Shown here one piece after another: positions 55,357 to 63,412 of a stretch of DNA of 64,000 nucleotides. Position 1 is the stretch's first letter. The number at the start of each line of letters is the position of its first letter. The position numbers and the translations under genes were made by a program. This stretch comes from an archaeon. GTDB lineage: Archaea > SpSt-1190 > DYHY01. The notes below the pieces were generated by a model. It had not been told where the DNA came from, did no database searches, and saw only the letters and a list, made by a program, of their open reading frames with translations. The stretch spans positions 13,920 through 77,919 of the forward strand of contig JAZDJS010000049.1 of the NCBI GenBank assembly GCA_043803745.1, given 5' to 3'.

Positions 55357-55473
55357 ACTACTACTCTCTGTCCTATTGGGCTCATGTGTCTAAATATCTT
55401 TCAGGGGTTTTTGCGAAACCCCTTTTTTGGTGAAACTTTCGTAAAGTTTCCCATCTAGACCACGGACCCACTA
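55357..55473 (+). repeat. Fold-back insertion at the 5' end of tRNA-Val(TAC)
   Basis: CTAGACCACGGACCCACTA at 55342-55360 and 55455-55473; degenerate antisense arm at 55377-55392; two hairpins in between. Confidence 0.82.
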
Positions 55474-55599
55474 TCTGCAAAAGACCGTTTTCTTCTTTAA
55501 AAAACCTTCAATTGCGGGGGATTCTTCGATTTGCGCTAGAGTAGTTTCTCTCTGCTCAAAGTCAATTATATAATCCGAAAAGAACCTTCCAAACAAGAA

Positions 55600-56178
55600 A
55601 TGCGGGAAAATTCGCTCTACGAGAAAACCCTTGAGTTCGTAGAAAAATCATTTGGGAAACGGAGGACGCAGGGGCGCCCCCTTCACTTGGAAAGAACCGC
55701 CTACTGGGTGAAAATCCTGAACCCAACTGCTAGCGAAGCTCTTCTGATTGCGGCAGTCTCCCATGACATTGAACGAGCGTTCATGAACGCAGAGCACGCG
55801 CAAAAACATATACTTGAAGGCGCGGGGTTCATGGACGAGAGCCATTTGTCAATTCATCAAGAAGAAGGCGCAAGAATAATCAAGAAATTTCTGGATGAGA
55901 ACGGCGCGGAGACCGATCTCTCAAACGAGGTTGCAAGGCTTGTGTCAAAGCACGAGTCCGGGGGCGATGAGGATCAAAACCTACTCAAGGATGCTGACAG
56001 CATAAGCTTTTTCGAAAACAATGTCAAGTCTTTTCTGACCAAGCAAACCGGGCGCTTCGGCAAGAAAAAGGTGAGGGAAAAATTCGGCTGGATGTTTGAC
56101 AGGATTTCAAGCGAAAAGGCGAAAGAAATCTGCAAGGATTGGCATAAAAAGGCGATTGAGGAGATAGACAAGAAATGA
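55600..56178 (+). CDS. HD-domain protein (DUF4202-like)
   Basis: HLERT, SHDIERAF, HQEEGA, KHE and DADSISFF motifs. Confidence 0.8.
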   Translation: MRENSLYEKTLEFVEKSFGKRRTQGRPLHLERTAYWVKILNPTASEALLIAAVSHDIERAFMNAEHAQKHILEGAGFMDESHLSIHQEEGARIIKKFLDENGAETDLSNEVARLVSKHESGGDEDQNLLKDADSISFFENNVKSFLTKQTGRFGKKKVREKFGWMFDRISSEKAKEICKDWHKKAIEEIDKK

Positions 56179-56759
56179 TACCGGACCAGCTGATTGACAA
56201 GGCAAAGGGCATTGCTAGGGGAGAAAGCGAGGGCACCGGGCTCCCGGTCTGGGAGGTCGTCGGCCTTTCGAACGAGAAGGGGCAGGCTTTAGCTGAAGCC
56301 CTTGGCGCTGACAAGAGAATAGTCCTTCTTGGAACGATTCTAATGGATGCGTGGCTGGGAAAGGCAGTTGCCGAGGGAAAGCAGCCGGAGCATGCCGAGT
56401 TCTGCGCAAGGAAAGCCGGGAAGCTTTTGGAGAGCTTTCCTGAAGTCACGAAGGAGGAGCGGGAGAACATTCTTTCATGCATACGGGAGCATCACGGCGG
56501 GGTCAAGTTCAGCTCGAAAGAGTCGGAAATCTGCTGCAACGCGGACTGCTACCGCTTCGCTTCCGCAAGGGGGATGTTTGCGACAATTGCGGGGATAAGG
56601 CCGATGCCCCTTAGCCTGCTTCAGAAGCTCTGCCTTGCCAAGCTTGAGGAAAAGTGGAAGGCGATTTCCCTGCCGCAAGTGAGAACGGAATTGGAACCGG
56701 AATACCTGGCAATCAGGGAATTCCTCTCCGCTATTGATTTTTCCCGGGACTCTTGCTAG
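56175..56759 (+). CDS. HD-like phosphohydrolase-fold protein (degenerate HD motif)
   Basis: LMD in place of LHD, EH, EHHG, EICCNADCYRF. Confidence 0.65.
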   Translation: MIPDQLIDKAKGIARGESEGTGLPVWEVVGLSNEKGQALAEALGADKRIVLLGTILMDAWLGKAVAEGKQPEHAEFCARKAGKLLESFPEVTKEERENILSCIREHHGGVKFSSKESEICCNADCYRFASARGMFATIAGIRPMPLSLLQKLCLAKLEEKWKAISLPQVRTELEPEYLAIREFLSAIDFSRDSC

Positions 56760-57813
56760 ACTGCTCGACAATCACCTCGGAAAGGGCTGCCCTGACTGCC
56801 GAGGAAATCTCCTTCTCGTCGGAAAGCAACCGGTCGTCGGAAAGCAGGTCTTCTGCTATTTTCTTCGCAAGCTGGCCTGTTATCTTCCAGTAGCTTGAGA
56901 ATATCTCTTTTAGGAGGCGCTGGGAGCTCTCCCTGGAAAGCGGCCTGCCCTTTTCAACAACAAAGTCCGGATTCCCCGAGGTCTCCCTGAACGCCGCAAC
57001 CCCCCGCTCGCAAAGGGAATAGCTGACGGCCCCTATCACCCGCCCGTATCTTTCAGCGTATTTGTGGATGAAGGAATATAGCGGCGTTCTCGTCCTTTCC
57101 GAAACTCGTTCGGGGAGCGTGAGCAGGTCCTTGAGAAGGAAGGCCCCAGGCGCCGCCGCGAAAATCCCTCCGGCCAGGAGGAAAATATAGGACAGAAAAC
57201 GCAGTTCGAAAAAGATTGTCCCGCCGCCTGACGTGGCAAGCAGGAAAATCACTATGTTTGCGGATGCGGAAACCGCCCCAATATATCCAAGATATGCATA
57301 TTTCGTGCCGAACTTCCGGTAGAGGTTCGTCAGAAGGACATAGCTTGCCGAAAGGGAAACCCATGAGGAAACGTAAAGCCCCTTGAGAATGGCGGAGAAA
57401 ACGCCGCCTGAACTTGCGGATTCCACTATTACAAGGAGCCCGGTTGTTGCTGAGAAAAGCCCGGCAATGAACCTATATCCCGAAACATCTTCGGAAAAGA
57501 GCTGAGAATTGAGCCTGGATATTCCGAAATGGAGAAAAGAAACTCCTGCAACGAGAAGAATTGCCGAGATTAGCAAAATCGGTGAGATTTCCGCCGAAAG
57601 TTCTCCAGGGAGGCTCCTGAAGAACAGCACATATTCCCAGATGAAATAGTGCGCCGCTGCGAGGAGAAAGTATGCGGCGATGAACTTGAACGACTTTTTC
57701 AGGCCCCCGCCTGCCCGGTCGTATTTTGATGCAAGTAGCGCAAGGGGCACGAAAGAAACGCCAAGAAAGAGGAGGCGTAGCACTGAGCCCGCTACAACAG
57801 TAAAATCCACCAC
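56731..57813 (-). CDS. Multi-TM membrane protein with a C-terminal soluble domain
   Basis: About 7 TM helices, then YGRVIGAVSY...YWKITGQLAK. Confidence 0.7.
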   Translation of the reverse strand: MVDFTVVAGSVLRLLFLGVSFVPLALLASKYDRAGGGLKKSFKFIAAYFLLAAAHYFIWEYVLFFRSLPGELSAEISPILLISAILLVAGVSFLHFGISRLNSQLFSEDVSGYRFIAGLFSATTGLLVIVESASSGGVFSAILKGLYVSSWVSLSASYVLLTNLYRKFGTKYAYLGYIGAVSASANIVIFLLATSGGGTIFFELRFLSYIFLLAGGIFAAAPGAFLLKDLLTLPERVSERTRTPLYSFIHKYAERYGRVIGAVSYSLCERGVAAFRETSGNPDFVVEKGRPLSRESSQRLLKEIFSSYWKITGQLAKKIAEDLLSDDRLLSDEKEISSAVRAALSEVIVEQSSKSPGKNQ

Positions 57814-57868
57814 TGCCTGGAACCCGGGCGCAGAGAGTTAAATAGATTCACGCCCTCTTTTTTCCGGA

Positions 57869-58324
57869 ATGGATTATCTATCCAAAATAAGGGCGGAAAC
57901 CTCCGGCGGGACCCTTCGAGCCGAGCTTGTCGAGCATCCGGAAATTGACGGGACGAAATCCGAGGCTGCCGCAAAAGCGCTAGGGATTCCGCTAGGGGAA
58001 ATACTGAAATGCCTGCTCCTTGTTCCGGAACGGGGCGGGGTTCCGATAGTTGCAATCCTTCTTGGGCCCGACAGGCTCGACCTGAAAAAGAAGTTCCCGA
58101 ACCACCGGCTTGCAAGGCTAGAAGAACTAAAAGGGGTTTTGGGGGTTGGTCCGGGGGAGGTTCCCCCAGTCTTCCTCCCAGTTCCGGTCGTAATTGACGG
58201 GAAGGTCCTCAAAAAGGAACTTGTCGCAGGTTCGGCGGGGACGAAATTCGCGGGGATTAAGCTGAAGCCGGAAGAAATCCTAAAGGGGAACAAGATTGCA
58301 AAGGTTGCCGAAATCTCCGTCTAG
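57869..58324 (+). CDS. YbaK/EbsC aminoacyl-tRNA editing domain protein
   Basis: AAAKALG...ILKCLL, G..PGEVPP, VVID and GSAG motifs. Confidence 0.88.
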   Translation: MDYLSKIRAETSGGTLRAELVEHPEIDGTKSEAAAKALGIPLGEILKCLLLVPERGGVPIVAILLGPDRLDLKKKFPNHRLARLEELKGVLGVGPGEVPPVFLPVPVVIDGKVLKKELVAGSAGTKFAGIKLKPEEILKGNKIAKVAEISV

Positions 58325-58887
58325 GCGCGCTTGCAGACGAGGAGGTTGCCGCTGCCCTTTCCGGAACGGATAACGCTTTCCAGGAAAGTTTTCGTTGGGA
58401 TTCTTTTCTTCCGGCCGACTGCCTTGTGGGGATCGCTTATCAAGACGGATTCGTTTGAAGCAGACAGGACAATTACGAAATGGTTGGAATGCGTTCGGTC
58501 TTCCCACTCCGTTTTTCTGGAAAGCAGGGGCGTTTTCCGGTCATATGCAAGCCGGTTAAGGAGGACTATTGCCAGCTCGCCCGTTCTGACTGAAGTTTCC
58601 AGAGCCCGAATAAAATTCTTTTCTGAGCGCTGGAAAACCTTCGCAGAAACCTTGCGCCCAGAAAGCCGGGAAATTGCTTTTGCAAGTCCGGCAAGCTCAG
58701 TTCCCGCGCGGAGGGTGGTCCCGGCAACGGTCGCAATGCGTTTCTCCGAAGGGGCTTTATTTTTCCCGAAAAACGCCATCACCGACCTTGCGCATGCGGG
58801 CCCGCAGGTGTAAAGGGTCTTTTGCGAGAAATAAGGAACTTTCTTCAGAGCGCGCGACTTCTTTGGCAGCTGCCTCAAGCTACGCAT
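58321..58887 (-). CDS. Peptidase C39-like protein
   Basis: VPYFSQ....TCGPAC, HFVIV and ISDP catalytic triad. Confidence 0.82.
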   Translation of the reverse strand: MRSLRQLPKKSRALKKVPYFSQKTLYTCGPACARSVMAFFGKNKAPSEKRIATVAGTTLRAGTELAGLAKAISRLSGRKVSAKVFQRSEKNFIRALETSVRTGELAIVLLNRLAYDRKTPLLSRKTEWEDRTHSNHFVIVLSASNESVLISDPHKAVGRKKRIPTKTFLESVIRSGKGSGNLLVCKRA

Positions 58888-58893
58888 TTCTGA

Positions 58894-59073
58894 CTATGCT
58901 TTTGCTTTCACGGCTTTCTTCTTCGCACGGAGGCCCTTGTACCCGCATTTTCTGCAGCTTACAAGTCCGCGCTTGACCCTGATTGGGTCTGAACGGGTCT
59001 TGCAGTTGCACCTCATGCAGATGAAGACGCCCCTGAAAAGACGGGATTGCGTGATTGGATTAGGTACTGCCAT
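58894..59073 (-). CDS. rpl40e: 50S ribosomal protein L40e (not in the supplied ORF track)
   Basis: Manual translation: MAVPNPITQSRLFRGVFICMRCNCKTRSDPIRVKRGLVSCRKCGYKGLRAKKKAVKAKA*. Confidence 0.92.
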   Translation of the reverse strand: MAVPNPITQSRLFRGVFICMRCNCKTRSDPIRVKRGLVSCRKCGYKGLRAKKKAVKAKA

Positions 59074-59590
59074 TTTTTCTCTTTGAAAGGACGCTTTCTT
59101 GAGTTTTTAATACTTGGCTTCGCGTCCTGCAGGAGGCGTAAAGGTCGAGAAGTTCGCCGTTGAGAGCTGCGAATGTTTTGCCCCACTTTGGCTGGGCCAA
59201 GAGAAGTTCGGCCTGCTCCTTCCGCCCAAGAATCCAGAGTGCGCCTGCAAAAGCCTCGAGCGTCGAGAGTTTCGTTGGCTTGCCGAAATTCACGGGGTTT
59301 GCGGGGACAAGATACGGGAGGGCGCGGGAGGTCATCGCGGAAATGAACGAGTTCCTTTTCACAAGCTCGTTCCAGGAGCAGTCGAAAACGGTAATCCCTT
59401 CCGCGCTTGCGAGCTCAGAGTCCTCCGGAGAGAGCGCTTCCGGGGAAAGCGGGTTGAGGAGAACTCCCCGCGGCGCCTTGATTTCGGAGGCAAGCCCTAT
59501 TTTCAGGAGGATTTCGCCCGTGCATCTCTTAGGGTCGCATTCGTGGGAATGGACCAAGTGCAGGAGAATCGGCGTTACGGTCGGGACCAT
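59060..59590 (-). CDS. tsr3: 16S rRNA aminocarboxypropyltransferase (DUF367)
   Basis: ECDPKRCTG, DCSW and RALPYLVPANPVNFGKPTKLSTLEA motifs. Confidence 0.93.
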   Translation of the reverse strand: MVPTVTPILLHLVHSHECDPKRCTGEILLKIGLASEIKAPRGVLLNPLSPEALSPEDSELASAEGITVFDCSWNELVKRNSFISAMTSRALPYLVPANPVNFGKPTKLSTLEAFAGALWILGRKEQAELLLAQPKWGKTFAALNGELLDLYASCRTRSQVLKTQESVLSKRKNGST

Positions 59591-59670
59591 TAGATTCTTT
59601 CCTTTTACTCGGTTTAAATAAACCCTTTTTCCCGGAAACGGTTAATAACGCGTTTCAGATAGATTCGGGC

Positions 59671-60291
59671 ATGAAAAAGGGATTCCTAAAGTTCTTCCAC
59701 GCATGCGAGAAATTGAAGGACGAGCTGCGCCGCTCGCACACTACCAAAGGCCGGCGGGAAAGCGTTGCAGACCATTCCTGGCGGGTTGCGCTCCTTGCGC
59801 TTGTTCTTGCGCCCAAGAAGGTTGACCGGGAGCGCGCAATAAAATTAGCGCTTGTCCACGACCTTTGCGAGGTTTTCGCAGGAGATACGTATGTTTTCGG
59901 AGGGAACAGGAAGGCTGGACGAGCTGCGAGAGAGAGAAAATCAATGAGCCGGCTTGCTGAGCTTCTCCCGGACGAGAAGGTCCGAAAGGAAATCCTTTCG
60001 CTCTGGACCGAAGTTGAAGAGCGGAAAACTCTTGAAGGAAAATTTGTGAAAGAGCTTGACAAACTTGAAGTTCTTATCCAGTACAATGAGGCGCCCCTCA
60101 GGACATGGGGTGTTGCCGAAAAGAGAATGCATTGGGGGCTTGCGGGAAGACATGCTAAAACCCTCGGGTTCCTAAAGGAATTTGCGGAGGAAATAGATGC
60201 GGAAACGAAGGTCAAGCTTGGAAGGAAAGCGCGAAAGCTTACTGAATCCGATTATGAAACCTATTTCGCTTCGCTTGCCGGAAAATCGTGA
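59671..60291 (+). CDS. HD-domain 5'-deoxynucleotidase (YfbR/HDDC2-like)
   Basis: LKDELR, ESVADHSWR, LVHDLCE..AGD and DKLE motifs. Confidence 0.88.
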   Translation: MKKGFLKFFHACEKLKDELRRSHTTKGRRESVADHSWRVALLALVLAPKKVDRERAIKLALVHDLCEVFAGDTYVFGGNRKAGRAARERKSMSRLAELLPDEKVRKEILSLWTEVEERKTLEGKFVKELDKLEVLIQYNEAPLRTWGVAEKRMHWGLAGRHAKTLGFLKEFAEEIDAETKVKLGRKARKLTESDYETYFASLAGKS

Positions 60292-60522
60292 GTTGCATCG
60301 GCAAAACGGCTTTTCCAAACAGTTATAAACCGTCCGCGGGAACTTCACTTGTTCTTAAAAAAGCGAGTTGCGGATTTTCTTTTGAAGAAAAAACGAGTAA
60401 CAACCGAACGGTTTTAAGATAGCGAGAGGGAGTCCGCGGCGTATGCCGAGGTCCGAACTTGAGCGAAGCGAAATCCAGCGCAGCTGGACAAAAAAGAAAC
60501 AAGAGAAAGTGAATTAGGAAAT

Positions 60523-61851
60523 ATGTCAGTTGAGATTACCGCTATTGGCGGATATGACGAAATTGGAAAGAATATGACCGTCGTTTCATTCGGCGGGGAG
60601 GCGATTGTGCTTGACATGGGAATACATGTCGAACGCCTCATGGGCGAGGATTACAACATTGCCCGGATGAGCCGGGAAGAACTCCTCGGGATAGGCGCGA
60701 TTCCGGACTACCGGCGCATCAGGGAAATCAGGGAGAAGGTTGTCGGGGTTTTCATCGGTCACGCGCACCTTGACCACGTTGGAGCCGCAGGGAAACTTGC
60801 CGGGCTTTTCAAGGGGGTGCCGTTCTACATGACCCCGTTCACGGCAGGGGTTTTCAAGAGCCAGATTGACGATGAGGAAAAGTACAGGGGCCAGAAGCCT
60901 GACGTCAGGATAGTGACTGCTGGCGCAAAGATCGCAGCCGGGCAGAATTTCGTGGTTGAGTTCATCGCGGCGGCGCACTCGATTCCGGATGCAACGATAC
61001 TTGCGGTGCACACCCCGAAGGGGATTTTCCTCTATGCGCTCGACTGGAAGTTCGACGAACATCCCGGAATCGGGAACCGGACGAACATCGCGCGGCTCGC
61101 GCAGCTCGGGGAGAAGGGACGGGTCCTTGCGGTCGCCTTCGACACAACGAGGATTGAGCGGAGCGACCCCACGAAGGGGGAAGCCTGGGCGAAGGAGCAG
61201 ATTGTGAACAAAATCGGCGAGCTTGACGGGGAGGGGATAATAGCGACAACCTTCGCATCCCACATTTCCCGGCTCCAGACCCTGATAGATGCTGGACGCG
61301 ACCAGAAGCGGAAGGTCCTCCTTCTCGGGCGGAGCATGGAGAAATACACCAATGTTGCAAAAGAGCTGCGGCTGATTTCCCTCGGACGGGCGGATGTCTG
61401 GGGGAGGCCGAAATCTATTCAGGCAACCCTTTCGAAGATAAAGAACGACAAGGAGAAATACCTGCTCATCGTGACCGGGAACCAGGGGGAGCCGGGTTCG
61501 GTGCTCGACCGGATGGTCCAGGGGGTCCTGCCCTACAAGTTCGACAATCTTGACAACGTCCTGTTCTGCTCCGAGGCAATCCCGACCCCGATGAACCTTG
61601 CCTGCAGGAAGGATATAGAAAGGCGGCTCAGGTCAATGGGCGCGCACGTTCACCTCGGCTTGCATGTCTCAGGGCACGCATCCGCAGCGGACATTGAAAG
61701 GTTCGTAAAGCTCGTGAAACCGGAGGAAATAATCCCGACGCACGGGGGTATTGACAAACTGCTCCGGGCAAGGAAGCTCATGGAAAGCATCGGCTATCCG
61801 GCTGACAAGGTTCATCTACTGCACGACGGAGAGTCAGTTAGGCTGAATTAG
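60523..61851 (+). CDS. rnj: Ribonuclease J (archaeal beta-CASP)
   Basis: GGYDEIGKNM, HAHLDHVGA, HSIPD, DWKFD, TTFASHISR, HVSGHA and PTHG motifs. Confidence 0.92.
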   Translation: MSVEITAIGGYDEIGKNMTVVSFGGEAIVLDMGIHVERLMGEDYNIARMSREELLGIGAIPDYRRIREIREKVVGVFIGHAHLDHVGAAGKLAGLFKGVPFYMTPFTAGVFKSQIDDEEKYRGQKPDVRIVTAGAKIAAGQNFVVEFIAAAHSIPDATILAVHTPKGIFLYALDWKFDEHPGIGNRTNIARLAQLGEKGRVLAVAFDTTRIERSDPTKGEAWAKEQIVNKIGELDGEGIIATTFASHISRLQTLIDAGRDQKRKVLLLGRSMEKYTNVAKELRLISLGRADVWGRPKSIQATLSKIKNDKEKYLLIVTGNQGEPGSVLDRMVQGVLPYKFDNLDNVLFCSEAIPTPMNLACRKDIERRLRSMGAHVHLGLHVSGHASAADIERFVKLVKPEEIIPTHGGIDKLLRARKLMESIGYPADKVHLLHDGESVRLN

Positions 61852-61969
61852 GTAGCAACTGACTCGAACGTCCTCGGCAGGGGACGGAGAAAGCGTGAAG
61901 TTGAGTTAGTCTCGCTTTCGACATCCGGGCAACGGGAGCCTGGGCGGAGAGTCAGTTAAGCTGAACTAG
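61825..61969 (+). repeat. Three copies of the rnj 3' end with fold-back arms
   Basis: DGESVRLN* (61825-61851), DGESVKLS* (61883-61909), GGESVKLN* (61943-61969); antisense arms at 61857-61865 and 61910-61919. Confidence 0.88.
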
Positions 61970-63372
61970 AGTTCCCCGGTTGCTTGCCTTTGCCTGAGCG
62001 TTTCCATCAGCCCTTCCGGGTCGGTTCCGAGCCTTCTGGCAAGGGCCATTCCGTAGCCGCCCTGGGAAATCCCCTCAAGTATCCTGTATTTGTTGGAGGG
62101 GTCGTCGTAATCGGCAACCCTCCTGAACGCAACACAGGGCGTTCCTTGGAATTCTCTCACAAGGCCGACATCGTGGGTGACAACAAATGAATTGAAACCG
62201 GCCGCCTGTGCAAATTTTATCAAACCTTCGGAGAGTGCTCGTTCAACCTCGGGCTCCGTCCCGCTTGACGGCTCGTCAATAAGAAGGAGGTCGTAGAGGT
62301 TTGCGTCCCTGTTCATCCTGGCAACATATGCCTGACCAGTCTCAAGATGTCCCTTTCCAGCAGAATCCCCGAAATCGAAGCAGGGCCACAGCCGTCTTAC
62401 CGGGGAAAACTCGATTTCGTCGGCAAGTGCATAGAAGCCATTCATCGGCAGGAGGATGTTGATCCCTATTGTTCGCAGATAGACGCTTTTCCCCATTGAA
62501 TTGGAGCCGGTAATCATTGTCGTCCTTTTTTCAGGTCCCCATCCGGCATCGTTCGGGACCGGTCTTATTCTGGCGGTCCTGCTCCTGCTGTAATCGCATT
62601 TTTCATATGCCCGGTGCACTGCGTTCCCGATTCGTCCCCTCCGCTCCTCCGGGTCGAGGAATTTCGGCCTGGCGCCGTCTTCGCAAATGTATGCAAGGGC
62701 GAGGTAACCGGCGAGCTGCTCTTTCAGGACCCGACCGTATTCCGCGAACTCCGGGAAATGTTCGAGGAGGCTTGCTGCAGCTGCGAGGTTTTCCTCGTCA
62801 ATCTCAAATAGCCTTCTCGGGCGCCCAGTGTCCCGCGCCCTCAGTTCAACAACCCCCCTCGGAGGATATTCTTCCCTGACCTTCCTGGTCGCCTCCAAAA
62901 AATCCGGCGACTGGAAAAGCACTTGCCTGGCGTATTTTTTCAGGTCGTGCGCAACCGAGGAACGGGAATCCAGATTCTCGATTTCAGCCAAGACGAGGGG
63001 AAAATTGGCAAGCCGTTCAGCGGCAAGGGCGCGGGCCTTTTCAACCTCGCCGTTTTCGCGCCAGCGAGAAGAGTAGATTTTGGAATCGGGAATTGCTCTG
63101 GCGAGCCCCTGCACCTTCCTCAGGAAATCCGGCGCGTCCATCAGCTCTGAAAAGAACTGCAGCCGATAGTCCCGGGTAGCCTCGTCTATCGGGGTTTCAA
63201 GAATCCTTCTGACCCTGCCGAAAGTGGCGCTTCCGCCGAACCCGGGCGTGTTCGCAACAATAAAATCCAGGTTGGTTACTTTCAGGGCTTCGAGCTCCTG
63301 CTCAGAATAAGTTAGAGGTGTTCTTCCGGGAATCTTCAAGATGTCGAGTTTTTCCGGAGGACGCGGTTTCAT
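61966..63372 (-). CDS. MutS-related ATPase (domain V, lacking mismatch-binding domains)
   Basis: VPND, ITGSNSMGKSVYLRTI, LLIDEPSSGT, VVTHD and GYG.ALA..LG motifs. Confidence 0.8.
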   Translation of the reverse strand: MKPRPPEKLDILKIPGRTPLTYSEQELEALKVTNLDFIVANTPGFGGSATFGRVRRILETPIDEATRDYRLQFFSELMDAPDFLRKVQGLARAIPDSKIYSSRWRENGEVEKARALAAERLANFPLVLAEIENLDSRSSVAHDLKKYARQVLFQSPDFLEATRKVREEYPPRGVVELRARDTGRPRRLFEIDEENLAAAASLLEHFPEFAEYGRVLKEQLAGYLALAYICEDGARPKFLDPEERRGRIGNAVHRAYEKCDYSRSRTARIRPVPNDAGWGPEKRTTMITGSNSMGKSVYLRTIGINILLPMNGFYALADEIEFSPVRRLWPCFDFGDSAGKGHLETGQAYVARMNRDANLYDLLLIDEPSSGTEPEVERALSEGLIKFAQAAGFNSFVVTHDVGLVREFQGTPCVAFRRVADYDDPSNKYRILEGISQGGYGMALARRLGTDPEGLMETLRQRQATGEL

Positions 63373-63412
63373 CCGAGGAATAAACAGTTACCATTTTTTA
63401 AAGGTATTTGGT

